Shown in pieces: positions 7,771-17,217 of a DNA stretch of 64,000 nucleotides. Below the pieces are notes generated by a model, which saw only the letters and a program-made list of their open reading frames with translations, did no database searches and was not told the origin of the DNA. Position 1 is the stretch's first letter. Every line of letters starts with the position of its first letter. Source of the DNA: a virus. Lineage: Duplodnaviria; Caudoviricetes. The stretch is taken from IMG/VR virus record IMGVR_UViG_2595698621_000001, positions 39,258 through 103,257 of that record; one strand, written 5' to 3'. The position numbers and the translations under genes were made by a program.

Positions 7771-10490
7771 GACAGAACACCCCCGTCACCGTCGTCGTCT
7801 CCCCCGTCATCTGCGAACGGGTTAGAGTTGCCATCATCACCGAGGTCAACACCCTCTGTCCTCGCACCCGCCGCGAGTTCGTCGAAGTCCCAACCGACCT
7901 CCTCGAGCATCGGGCGAAGGGGTCGGTCGAGTGTCTTCTCGATATGTTTCTCGCTGTCGAGGTCGAACCCGTCAGGAATATCGTCCCACCACTGTAGGGC
8001 GATAACGTCGGTGTTCGGTTTCATCGCTGGCGTCTTCCTGATGTAGTACACCCACGGTTGGTCGCCGTGCCCCCAGTCGTACCCGAGATGCTCGTTCGAG
8101 TAGATGGACGCACGAACCGATAGCGTAGGCGAGGAGTACGAGTCGATTGGGTCGTTAATCGTCCCGGGTTTCGCTATCTTTTGCAGGTCGATGCTCTCGT
8201 CTCTGATGCTGTCACATAGACCTTTGATGTAGTCGCTGACCGAGTCGAACCCTTCAGCGTTCAGGATTTTCTTGATAACTTCGGGTTGTGCTTCTTCGGT
8301 GAGTTCTGCCGAGTCACTACGCTGACTCTCGTACCCAGTGATGTCTGGTTTCGGAGCGATGTTACCAGCGTCGTCGGTGAGATACTGCCCCTCGTCCCAG
8401 AATTTGAGACCCGCGTAGCGTTTCTTCTTCCCGTGTTGGAAGAATCGACGGTACAGTTTCTCAAACTCGAAGAACCAGCAGTGATTCTCGTCGTCGGGCA
8501 GGTCGTGAGGTAACCCAGAGAGGTCGAGGTGCGGGTGGTCATCACCGAGACCTATGTCATCCGCCGCTCGCCCGATACGTTTGTTTATCTCCTTCTCGAC
8601 CTCCATTCCACGTTCGACGACTTTCTCCATCGCTTCCTGGTCATCGAGGTCGGACAGTTCGTCGTCGTCAGCAAGAGACACCATCACCGAGTCAGTGTCC
8701 CCGTAGATGACCTCGTACCCGAGTTCTTCGCATATCTCGACACCCGTCCACAGGATGAAACGAGACAACCCGGTGATGGTGTCACCCAACTCTTTCGACG
8801 CCAGTCGGTAATACTCGTTGTTGGACACACCGAAGAACGAGTTCATAATGACCTTCACCGCACGCTGCTTGTGGTCCCATACCTGATACATCGGAGTGTT
8901 GGGTTCGTAGTCATTCCGCCTGTCCTTCATATCCTCGCGTTCGCTGAACAGCAACTTGAGGTACTTCGGCATTATCCCCTCGTCGTCGAGTTTCAACCCC
9001 TGCCCACGTTCAGCGTCGAACTCCATATGCTCTCGCTCGATAGTGCCTCCGAAGTCATCTTCCTTGACCGGCATCCACGGGACGATAACATCTGCCTCGT
9101 CGTTGTCGTTGGTCATCGTCTCCTTCGAGATGTTGCCAGTGATAATCGACGACGGGTAGAGCGACTTCAGGTCGATAACACCAACCCACTCGCTGATACC
9201 CGTCGATGGAGACAACACGAGCCCACCCGCCGCACGGTCGACTTCAACACCGTCACTCGGCGGGAGAATCTCGTCTTCTTCGCGGCGAGACATAATGAAC
9301 CCGTCCACGAGACGCATAGCGGAGAACGTATCGTACACCTGCACTCCCGTGAGGTCCGACAGTTGATAGAAGAAACCGTGTATGTCTGCCATATCGTCGA
9401 GAGCAACGAGCAACTGCGTGTCTATGATGTTATACGCAGTCAGACGACTACGGTCCTTCTCGTACCCCTCTCGGATGTTGATGTCTTCGACTTTACCAAC
9501 ACCCAGTTCTTCGTTGGCGACGTAGTCGAGCGCTTTCGACCTCCAGTCAGAGAACACCATCTGGTCGCAGTACGCAGTCATCATATCAAACCCGGGTAAC
9601 CCCTCGATACGACCGACTACGTTCTCTCCTCGATACTCTCGACTGATACCACCGATGTCCGAGAGGCGCCACTTATCGACACCCTGCACCTTCTCCATCC
9701 TGTTGAGAATGTATCGGTGGTCGAAGTCCTCCCAATTCCACCCGCTGAGGAGGTCGGGGCGCACGTCCTCGATGTAGTCGAGGAACGAGTTGAGCATCGC
9801 TGACTCGCTCGTTGCTATCGTCATCTCGATATCTGCCTGGACGAATTGAGGAGCGAGTTCGTGTCCATTCCAGTGGTCGCCGAGATGCTGCTTCACGTCA
9901 CGCCCATCGACCTCTTTGTCCGGGTCGAGAACGAAGACGTTGTATTTGTCTTCCCGGGTGTCGTAGGCGGTAATCATTATGATTTCCCCAGGCGCCTCCT
10001 CGGTAAATTCGTCGAAGTCAACACTCATATCCGGGAGCGCCTCGATGTCCGCCATAACGACACGCGGTTCAATCGACTCCACGTCTGACTCGTCGATGTC
10101 TGTCTCGACTTCAGAAATGTCGCAGTATTTCCTGTCCGGCACGCGGATGTAACCCGACAACCCGTAGTCGACTGAGGCTCGACGAGTGTACGGGACGTCT
10201 GACTCGTAGGCGACCGTGAAGTCGTCTCGAATATCGCTGACGTTTCCGGGTAGTTTCGTGACGACCTTCTTCAGCGGTCGCCCGTCATATCCTTCGTACC
10301 CGTGCTCTTCACGAACCACACAGTCCTGGTCGGCGGATTCGTGAGGTGGGACGAACAGATACGGTTCTGTACCTCCGATTATCGTCATATCCCGCTCGTC
10401 GTTTTCGTCACGACCGACGACACGGACGACGACATCTCCATCTTCTTCCTGGTAATCCAGGTCCGTTACTCGAACGAGTTTTTCCGTCAT
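7764..10490 (-). CDS. polB: Family B DNA polymerase with 3'-5' exonuclease
   Basis: DIE, GWNWEDFD, YNIID exonuclease motifs; DLKSLYPS, KVIMNSFFG, YGDTDS, KKRY. Confidence 0.97.
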   Translation of the reverse strand: MTEKLVRVTDLDYQEEDGDVVVRVVGRDENDERDMTIIGGTEPYLFVPPHESADQDCVVREEHGYEGYDGRPLKKVVTKLPGNVSDIRDDFTVAYESDVPYTRRASVDYGLSGYIRVPDRKYCDISEVETDIDESDVESIEPRVVMADIEALPDMSVDFDEFTEEAPGEIIMITAYDTREDKYNVFVLDPDKEVDGRDVKQHLGDHWNGHELAPQFVQADIEMTIATSESAMLNSFLDYIEDVRPDLLSGWNWEDFDHRYILNRMEKVQGVDKWRLSDIGGISREYRGENVVGRIEGLPGFDMMTAYCDQMVFSDWRSKALDYVANEELGVGKVEDINIREGYEKDRSRLTAYNIIDTQLLVALDDMADIHGFFYQLSDLTGVQVYDTFSAMRLVDGFIMSRREEDEILPPSDGVEVDRAAGGLVLSPSTGISEWVGVIDLKSLYPSSIITGNISKETMTNDNDEADVIVPWMPVKEDDFGGTIEREHMEFDAERGQGLKLDDEGIMPKYLKLLFSEREDMKDRRNDYEPNTPMYQVWDHKQRAVKVIMNSFFGVSNNEYYRLASKELGDTITGLSRFILWTGVEICEELGYEVIYGDTDSVMVSLADDDELSDLDDQEAMEKVVERGMEVEKEINKRIGRAADDIGLGDDHPHLDLSGLPHDLPDDENHCWFFEFEKLYRRFFQHGKKKRYAGLKFWDEGQYLTDDAGNIAPKPDITGYESQRSDSAELTEEAQPEVIKKILNAEGFDSVSDYIKGLCDSIRDESIDLQKIAKPGTINDPIDSYSSPTLSVRASIYSNEHLGYDWGHGDQPWVYYIRKTPAMKPNTDVIALQWWDDIPDGFDLDSEKHIEKTLDRPLRPMLEEVGWDFDELAAGARTEGVDLGDDGNSNPFADDGGDDDGDGGVLSW

Positions 10491-10511
10491 CTAATCACCT
10501 GTTGTAGTTGG

Positions 10512-10808
10512 TCAGTAATCAAGTGGGTCATCTATCTCCACGTCATCTATGGCTTCGGGGTCAGGACACTCAATCCTTCCTGTCTCGACGAGTCGATGGT
10601 GTGCCTTGCACAGAGTGATGAGGTTAGAGAGACGGTGGGCGTCGTCGGGGTCGTCGAACTTCTTGACCTTCACAACGTGGTGGACGTGCAGAGGTTCTTT
10701 GATACTCTGTGACTTCCCGCAGATTCGGCACTCGTAGTTGTCTCGCTCGAGCGCGTCCTCTCGTTTCTCGTCCCACGTATCGCCGTAGTCGCGTCTCGTG
10801 TATCCCAT
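10512..10808 (-). CDS. HNH endonuclease
   Basis: ERDNYECRICG...LHVHH...NLITLCKAHH; paralogous to the HNH at 14-574. Confidence 0.88.
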   Translation of the reverse strand: MGYTRRDYGDTWDEKREDALERDNYECRICGKSQSIKEPLHVHHVVKVKKFDDPDDAHRLSNLITLCKAHHRLVETGRIECPDPEAIDDVEIDDPLDY

Positions 10809-10810
10809 CG

Positions 10811-11608
10811 TCAGTATTTCCAGTAAGACACGTCGGCCATAGAGTGGTCCTGCGCAGGACAGACAAACTGATAATCGCAGAACCCGCAGTGACCTCCCGT
10901 CTTCGCGGGGAAGTTCTCCGCGTCCATCGCTTGCAGTAGCGAGCGAGCGTACTGTTTCATCTCCTCCCATCTGTCCTGCGACGGGTCAGAGCGACGAACC
11001 GTTCCGTCACCCAGGTAGACGAAAATCACCTTATCGGGATACTCTCCGTACCGGTCGAGGTACGCACCAGCGTACACCATCCCCTGGATGAGCTCGTCAC
11101 GTATGCGATAGTCGCGGATGTTCCCATCGCTGTCGTGAGCGTTCCCCGTCTTCCAGTCGATAATGAAGCGGTCGGTTGTCACGTCCATCTTCGCGTTGAA
11201 CATAGCGTTTACCGACCCTTTCACCGCGTAGCGATGCTCTGCCTCTATTTCTCGGATATTCAGGTCGTCATACTCTGCGAAGAACTTGGCAGCGTTGTCG
11301 CAGCACTTGAGACCTTTGTCGTACATCCACTCCGGAATGTCCGGGTCCTCCTCTCGATACCGGCGCTTCAGTCGGTGCGCCAGAGTGCTCGAGTTCGGCG
11401 TGCCTCCTTGTTCCTTCAGTTCTGCCTCGATTGAGTCGTGTACTGCGTTCCCCAGTCCGAGATAACCCTCGCCGGGTTTCGTTCGCGTCTCCTCTTTCAC
11501 GTAGTTGTACCACCAACTGAGCGGGCACTGTGCGAACTTCTTGACCCGCGACGCTGAAAGAGGATGCTCGCGCACGTCCTGAGGTACGCTTCGTGTTTCT
11601 TCTGTCAT
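10811..11608 (-). CDS. Cas4/RecB-like PD-(D/E)XK exonuclease
   Basis: SASR...CP, GNAVH, KMD...IDWKTG, QGMVY, C-terminal CGFCDYQFVC. Confidence 0.85.
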   Translation of the reverse strand: MTEETRSVPQDVREHPLSASRVKKFAQCPLSWWYNYVKEETRTKPGEGYLGLGNAVHDSIEAELKEQGGTPNSSTLAHRLKRRYREEDPDIPEWMYDKGLKCCDNAAKFFAEYDDLNIREIEAEHRYAVKGSVNAMFNAKMDVTTDRFIIDWKTGNAHDSDGNIRDYRIRDELIQGMVYAGAYLDRYGEYPDKVIFVYLGDGTVRRSDPSQDRWEEMKQYARSLLQAMDAENFPAKTGGHCGFCDYQFVCPAQDHSMADVSYWKY

Positions 11609-11916
11609 TTTGACCATCTCGCTTTCGCTTTCTCTTGTGCCGCTACGTCCTTCATCGACCTGCCTCCAGCGGCATCGAGGTTCGTGCCCTTCTTCTGCAT
11701 AAGGTCGATGTTTTCGTCCATCGTCAGAGACGTATCGACCTTGCTCGTCCAGTCAGTAACCTCGTAATACACCGCTGCCGCTTTGACACACTGCCACTGA
11801 ATCAGTGTCAGGTTGTCGTCGTTCTGGTTACCCATCGGGAGACGCAGTATCTCGCTGTCGGTGAGACGCGCCTGACCGATTGGGATTGCTTGACCACAGT
11901 GCGGGCAGGACGGCAT
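11605..11916 (-). CDS. Hypothetical protein with N-terminal CPHCG
   Basis: 103-aa ORF coupled to its neighbours. Confidence 0.65.
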   Translation of the reverse strand: MPSCPHCGQAIPIGQARLTDSEILRLPMGNQNDDNLTLIQWQCVKAAAVYYEVTDWTSKVDTSLTMDENIDLMQKKGTNLDAAGGRSMKDVAAQEKAKARWSK

Positions 11917-11919
11917 CGT

Positions 11920-12123
11920 TTACTCCTGCTCGTCGTCGAGCATATCGTCCTCGAACCCTTCCATATCGCTGTACTGCTCGTCGATAGCGTCGAGTTTCTC
12001 AAGTGCCTGCTTTTCAGTCATCTCGTGTACCTTGACGAGATGCTTCGCCGCGTCCTTCCTGTTGTCGAAGTCGACTTCGTGGTCGAAGCAGTAGTATCGA
12101 CTGAACCCGCCTGTAGTTTCCAT
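11920..12123 (-). CDS. Small zinc-finger-like protein
   Basis: CFDH...HLVKVH; acidic tail. Confidence 0.6.
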   Translation of the reverse strand: METTGGFSRYYCFDHEVDFDNRKDAAKHLVKVHEMTEKQALEKLDAIDEQYSDMEGFEDDMLDDEQE

Positions 12124-13112
12124 CAGCGGTCACCTCGCTGGTACCCCTCGAGAGACACGTAGCGAGCAACGTGCAGGTCTGCGAGGAGCGAGTGGAACTG
12201 AACGTGCGGGTTCGCGCCACGCATAGCACGCCAATTCGTCTCCGCCACTTTGTCGAGACACTTCGCTTTCACGTCACCCTCGAGGTCCTTCTTCTTTATC
12301 TCGCTGAGGAAGGAATCACAGAGGGCGTTGACGGGCACGCCTTCCTTCAGAATCTCCACGTCGAGGCGGCGCATAGCGTCGTCCAGGTCACCATCGACTG
12401 CTTGGTCGATAATCTCACGAACCAGAGCGTCGTCGACTGTCTGCGCGACAACGTTGACCCCGTTCGCGTCTATTTCCCCTTCATACGCTGCCGCCTGCAT
12501 ACTGTTGATGAGTTTCCGAGCGTCGCCGTCTGCGGAATTGACCATCAGGTTCAGCGTGTCGTCGTTGATGTCTATGTCCTCGCCGGCAGCAACCTTGCGA
12601 CCGATTTGGAACAGGTCTTCGTCCGTGAGCGGCGAGATACTGAACGGGGCGCACCGTGACTGGATGGGACCGATAATCTTCGACAGGTAGTTACACGACA
12701 GGAAGAAGCGCGTCACGTCCGCGTGCTCTTCCATAATCCGTCGAAGCGCTGCTTGAGCATCTTTCGTGAGCTGGTCGGCCTCATCGAGGAAGACGATTTT
12801 GTACTGATGGTCGCCAATCGTCCCCTGCACTGCGTAGTTCTTTACCTTGTCGCGGATGGTGTCGATACCACGCTCGTCGGAGGCGTTCAGTTCCAGAATA
12901 TTGTTTCGCCAGTTGTCTCCGTACTTCTCCTTGGCGAACGCCTGGATGATTGCTGTCTTCCCGATTCCTTGCTTGCCCGAAAACACGACGTGAGGCACGT
13001 CCTCGGTGTCGAGGAACTTCCTCATCCGCTTCACGACCTCCTCGTGACCAACTATGTCGTCGAGTGTCTCGGGGCGGTACTTCTCAACCCAGATTTTATC
13101 TGCTACGGTCAT
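12123..13112 (-). CDS. rfcS: Replication factor C small subunit
   Basis: WVEKYRP, GIGKT, LELNASDERGID, DEAD, AQAALRRIME, SRC. Confidence 0.95.
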   Translation of the reverse strand: MTVADKIWVEKYRPETLDDIVGHEEVVKRMRKFLDTEDVPHVVFSGKQGIGKTAIIQAFAKEKYGDNWRNNILELNASDERGIDTIRDKVKNYAVQGTIGDHQYKIVFLDEADQLTKDAQAALRRIMEEHADVTRFFLSCNYLSKIIGPIQSRCAPFSISPLTDEDLFQIGRKVAAGEDIDINDDTLNLMVNSADGDARKLINSMQAAAYEGEIDANGVNVVAQTVDDALVREIIDQAVDGDLDDAMRRLDVEILKEGVPVNALCDSFLSEIKKKDLEGDVKAKCLDKVAETNWRAMRGANPHVQFHSLLADLHVARYVSLEGYQRGDR

Positions 13113-13178
13113 CGTCGATTGTATCGTTGAACGTTCACTCTTATATCCCAATTCATCCGAAAAAGACGGCGTTCTTGG

Positions 13179-13364
13179 CTACAACGAGTCGAGGTTCGTC
13201 TCGTCGAAGTTGTCCGACTCACGCATAACGAGCGCGAGGTTGTCGAAAGCTTCAGCGAGGTCGTCGCCGTACCCCTTCACTTCGCGTCTATCTGCACTTT
13301 CGTAGCGCACGCCGATACTCCGCTCGTTCATCGGATTCCGGATTAACTCGATTTGTGGCATCAT
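13179..13364 (-). CDS. Small hypothetical protein
   Basis: MMPQIELIRNP...; overlaps the upstream stop. Confidence 0.55.
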   Translation of the reverse strand: MMPQIELIRNPMNERSIGVRYESADRREVKGYGDDLAEAFDNLALVMRESDNFDETNLDSL

Positions 13365-13585
13365 CTGCTGAGTCCTGCTTGCTCTCGTTCTCGTTCGCTC
13401 AGTTCTTCTACGTCGGACAGCATCCTGTCCCACATACGCTCCCACACTTCATAGGCCTCATCGGGCGTCTCTCCCTCCGCCTCCGCCATCAGCCAACCCG
13501 CGCCACCAGAGACCTCGAACGTCTCCGGTTCAGCTTCGTCGCTCTCGTCGTCCTCGTCGTGGTCGCACCCACAGTCCTCACTCAT
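13361..13585 (-). CDS. Small acidic hypothetical protein
   Basis: 74 aa, coupled to tmk. Confidence 0.65.
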   Translation of the reverse strand: MSEDCGCDHDEDDESDEAEPETFEVSGGAGWLMAEAEGETPDEAYEVWERMWDRMLSDVEELSEREREQAGLSR

Positions 13586-14168
13586 CGACGACCTCCTTCA
13601 CGACGCGCAGAGCGTCGGAGATGACCTCCTCCTCTGTTTGGTCAGCGTCGATGGTACGATAGCGCTCGAAGTTCTCACGCCGAAGAAGCTCGTAATTTGA
13701 CTTGACCTGCTCGAGCATCTCTACCCGCTCGTATTTCTCGACGCCATCGAGACGGTCAAGTGCAGTGTCGAGTGTCACGTTCAGGTAGATTGTCGCGTCG
13801 GGCTCGATATTCCACGGAGACATAACCGACTTCATCCACTGCGGCGGGTCTTCGAGCTCGTTCATCAACTGAACGGGTTGATACGCGAGCGTCGAGTCAG
13901 TGAACCTGTCCGAGATGACGAGTTTGCCTTCGGCGAGTGCAGGTTTGATTTGTGTCTCGATATGCAGGTGTCGGTCAGCCATAAAGAGAAAGAAGTCGGT
14001 GAACGGCGGAGTGTCCTCAGTGAGCGCTCGACGGACCTGCTTGCCCGTCCAGAGCTCAGACGGTTCCTGCGTCCTCACCACGTCGAATTCTTCCTCGATA
14101 GCGTCCGTTACCGACGTTTTGCCTGCACCGTCGATTCCTTCGACAGTGATGAAGGTACCTTCACTCAT
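13578..14168 (-). CDS. tmk: Thymidylate kinase
   Basis: FITVEGIDGAGKTS, TQEP, LFMADR, SDRFTDSTLAYQ. Confidence 0.93.
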   Translation of the reverse strand: MSEGTFITVEGIDGAGKTSVTDAIEEEFDVVRTQEPSELWTGKQVRRALTEDTPPFTDFFLFMADRHLHIETQIKPALAEGKLVISDRFTDSTLAYQPVQLMNELEDPPQWMKSVMSPWNIEPDATIYLNVTLDTALDRLDGVEKYERVEMLEQVKSNYELLRRENFERYRTIDADQTEEEVISDALRVVKEVVDE

Positions 14169-14170
14169 CG

Positions 14171-14647
14171 TCAGAACTCCAGAACACTTTCGCCAACGAC
14201 TTCGTCGCTCGGGTCGCCCAGAAGGTCGAGGACGCGCTCGCCAGTGCTGGTGATGTAGAAATACGCAGTCATCCCGCGCTTTCGTTTGTTGACGTAACCA
14301 GCGTGGAGAAGTGACGAGAGCGCCTTCGCAGCGTCGAACGAGTCAGCAGTCGAGAGGTCGAGAACATCCTTCGCACGCAGCATCCGAGATGGATTCCGCG
14401 CCTTGTTTCGGTCGAGGATGAACAGACATCGGTGCGTCACGTCGCCCTCAGTCACGGGCAGGTCGGGACTGTGTGATTGTTCCTCCTGCACATCAGTGAG
14501 GTCCTGCACGAGGTCTTCACGCTCGCGGACGTGAAGTTCTCCGTCGAAGTCAGGGTTGTCGTACAGGAACGATACCGCCTCGTCTGTGGTGTCGAACACC
14601 TGTTTCTGTTTCTGCGACATCTGCGTTTCGAGTAACGGAATGTCCAC
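14171..14647 (-). CDS. Winged-helix DNA-binding protein
   Basis: ALSSLLHAGYVNKR...YFYITSTGERVL resembles a wHTH wing. Confidence 0.6.
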   Translation of the reverse strand: MDIPLLETQMSQKQKQVFDTTDEAVSFLYDNPDFDGELHVREREDLVQDLTDVQEEQSHSPDLPVTEGDVTHRCLFILDRNKARNPSRMLRAKDVLDLSTADSFDAAKALSSLLHAGYVNKRKRGMTAYFYITSTGERVLDLLGDPSDEVVGESVLEF

Positions 14648-14681
14648 TGGTGTATCCGCGGTTCCAGAAAAAGGAGCGTTC

Positions 14682-15833
14682 TCAGCTCATCCACTCTGCC
14701 TCGCCGCCTGACCACCCATACGTCTCGCACGACTCTGGGTCGTCCTCACGCTGACACAAACCGAGCCCCTGAATCGTTCGGCACGACATATCGCTGTAAC
14801 CACGTCGCTCGATTTGTTTCAGGAACTTCCGTGTCTTCTTGCGGTCAGCGTCACGCCAACCCAGTTTCATAAAGATGGTCTCTATCTCCTCGCGGGAGAA
14901 ACCGGCGTTGAACAGAAGAACTGCCGAGTTGAAACGAACCATATGATGAGGGTTCGGTTGTACGATTCTCTCGTACATACAGGGCATCTGAAGGAGGTCC
15001 TTCAGCATATTGAGCAGGCCCTGCCTGTCGTACTCCTCCACGTCGATTTCCGTCTCGACCTTACCGCGTGCAGTCGCACGTTCCTCGAGATACTCATCGT
15101 ACACCTTCATCTCCGGTCGTTCGTTCTCGTCAGGAATAGGGATGTCTCGCGTGGAGGTCGACCAGTCGAGTAGTTCATCGACGGTCAAGTTACGGATTTC
15201 TCGTCGCGTCAGCGGGACGGTGTAGAGGTTGCAGGGCATCGTATGCGTGTCCGAGGTGATTGATTCACCCCGGTCAGCATCCACGTACACCCGACGAACG
15301 TTCGGGATTCTCAGGATACGCTGAACGTCCCCGATAATCTGCACGTCTGCCGTTTCGAGGTCGTAGTTATCTATTACCTTCCGTACCGTCGTAGCGAGGT
15401 GTCTGCTCGCGTTGAGTTGGTCCTGGTACAAGAGGTGGAGATGTATCCCAAACCCAGAGAAAACGCCTACGAGCGGTATCTCTTGCGACTGTGCGTACTC
15501 GGCGACCAGTCGAGCGTCAGACACGACTTCACCGAGGACTTCCTCAGCGAGGTCTCGGTCCTGACGCATAGCGTGAATCTTCTCGTCGTCGCGGTCGAGG
15601 TCAGGAAACGCCGCGTCTTTGAACGGCGAATCCAGGTCAAACGCTATCTTGTCAGAGATGACACCGCCGCCTTCAGTCAGGTCGAAGTACGATATGGTGG
15701 AGTACAGATTCCGCTCGCCCTCACACTCGTCGATAGCGACATCCATCTCACTCTCGCTGTGTACCGGCCACTGCACGGGGTTCCCGAACCTACGCGGAAA
15801 CTTCCCAAACAGCAATTTTTGAACGGGCTTCAT
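14682..15833 (-). CDS. Archaeo-eukaryotic primase fused to a PriL-like Cys-containing C-terminal domain
   Basis: AFDLD, FSGFGIH, DVQRILRIPN; C-terminal MPCM...HMVRF...SCRTI...GLC...C. Confidence 0.82.
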   Translation of the reverse strand: MKPVQKLLFGKFPRRFGNPVQWPVHSESEMDVAIDECEGERNLYSTISYFDLTEGGGVISDKIAFDLDSPFKDAAFPDLDRDDEKIHAMRQDRDLAEEVLGEVVSDARLVAEYAQSQEIPLVGVFSGFGIHLHLLYQDQLNASRHLATTVRKVIDNYDLETADVQIIGDVQRILRIPNVRRVYVDADRGESITSDTHTMPCNLYTVPLTRREIRNLTVDELLDWSTSTRDIPIPDENERPEMKVYDEYLEERATARGKVETEIDVEEYDRQGLLNMLKDLLQMPCMYERIVQPNPHHMVRFNSAVLLFNAGFSREEIETIFMKLGWRDADRKKTRKFLKQIERRGYSDMSCRTIQGLGLCQREDDPESCETYGWSGGEAEWMS

Positions 15834-15854
15834 ACGGAATCTGTAGGGTGAGAG

Positions 15855-16712
15855 TTACTGCTTGTTGACGGGCCCGATAACGTTTCGGAGGACCTGACCC
15901 TCGTACTCGTCCTGCACCACGCAGATGGGCATACCGTCAGCCGTCTCGATACGCACGTCACCGCTGAGCGTGCCGAAGAGTTCCTCGAACCCTTGATTGT
16001 ACTCGTTCGAGAGGTCGTCACCTTCGACGGTGTCTGCCTGAAGCGCACCCCAGGCGGCGTTCCGTCGTTCGTCCTTCCCGACGCTCAGGTAGAGTTCTCC
16101 ATCCTGAATCGTCACCGGGTAGAACTTCGTATCGTCGTCGTCGTTGACGATGTCTATGATTTTCTGAATCTGCGTGACACTCGTCTCGATGAGTGCGGGC
16201 ATACGCTCGCCGTCGCCCGTCAGGAACGAGTGAGTGTCGTCGTCGAACCGTCCCACAGCGTCGAGCGGGACTTCGTCGAGATTCGACTCGGACGCGGGCA
16301 GCATCACTCGCGTCTGAATCGCCCCGTGGAACTGGAGCGCGTGAGCGAGACGGTCGTTCTCCTCACCGAGAAGCGTGAGCTCAACGGTATCGCTCGGGTC
16401 GCCCGTCGCGTAGTTGAGGTAGGTGAGGAAGTCCTCCACGTTGATAATCGCCTCTGCTGTCCCGTTGTTGTCCTCGACGAGCGCCTCCTGGTCGGTTTCG
16501 ACCGTGTCGAGGAACCCAGCGCCGAACGTGGAGTACGAGATGACGCTGTTGTTCTGCTTGGAGGCGAGGAACCGCGCCTCGCCGCCTCCGGCGTTGACGT
16601 ACACCTCGCTGTGTACCGCGTCGCCGGAAGACGCCTTGAGGGACGCCTTCTTAATCATCTGCTCGAGTCGACCCGCCTGTGCCGTGATAGTCGCCTTGGT
16701 AATTTCAGTCAT
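15855..16712 (-). CDS. PCNA-like sliding clamp
   Basis: 285 aa with a two-domain alpha/beta pattern resembling PCNA; lies in a module with RFC-L/S and PolB. Confidence 0.65.
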   Translation of the reverse strand: MTEITKATITAQAGRLEQMIKKASLKASSGDAVHSEVYVNAGGGEARFLASKQNNSVISYSTFGAGFLDTVETDQEALVEDNNGTAEAIINVEDFLTYLNYATGDPSDTVELTLLGEENDRLAHALQFHGAIQTRVMLPASESNLDEVPLDAVGRFDDDTHSFLTGDGERMPALIETSVTQIQKIIDIVNDDDDTKFYPVTIQDGELYLSVGKDERRNAAWGALQADTVEGDDLSNEYNQGFEELFGTLSGDVRIETADGMPICVVQDEYEGQVLRNVIGPVNKQ

Positions 16713-17217
16713 CGTTGTCGTTGGTTTCGGTCGCAGTTTCTTCCTTGCCTGCACTGAGTTCGTTGTCGAGACGTTCCCGTAAGTCCTCGGAGCTAATATC
16801 ACCGACGTGCTTGTCCAGCACGTCGAGGGCAGTGATATTTTCTCCTGCGAGGCTGTTGACGCGACCGTGGACGTCTTCCTCGACATACACGGACACGTAC
16901 TCGTCTTCGGGAATCGACATACGGTGCTCCTCCACGTCGTCGGGCAGGAGAACACGCAGAGCGTCACTCAGCGTCCACTCGGTTCCCTTCACAGCATCCT
17001 TGAGTTTCGCACGTCGGTCACGAGTCACTCGGATGCCCTTGAGGTTTCGCTCCTCGGTAATCTCCATTTTGCGAAGGAGACCCTCTCCGATACCCTCAAC
17101 TTCGAGGAGGTCGCCTGCGTCAGAAGTGAGGACTTCTTCGGCGGTTTCATACCCTGCACTTTGCAGGAGTTCCGCCGTCTTCGGACCCACACCGCGTAGA
17201 CGTTCGAGTTCAGTCAT
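16705..17217 (-). CDS. Helix-hairpin-helix DNA-binding protein
   Basis: LRGVGPKTA...LLEVEGIGE. Confidence 0.75.
   Translation of the reverse strand: MTELERLRGVGPKTAELLQSAGYETAEEVLTSDAGDLLEVEGIGEGLLRKMEITEERNLKGIRVTRDRRAKLKDAVKGTEWTLSDALRVLLPDDVEEHRMSIPEDEYVSVYVEEDVHGRVNSLAGENITALDVLDKHVGDISSEDLRERLDNELSAGKEETATETNDNDD

Noticed and set aside
7764-10490. Inteins in PolB, TerL, RFC or RadA
   Set aside because: Lengths and motif spacing are normal; no intein splice-junction blocks seen
10811-11608. Cas4 as evidence of a CRISPR-Cas system
   Set aside because: Solo Cas4/RecB-like nucleases are common in viral replication modules; no cas1/cas2 or array is present
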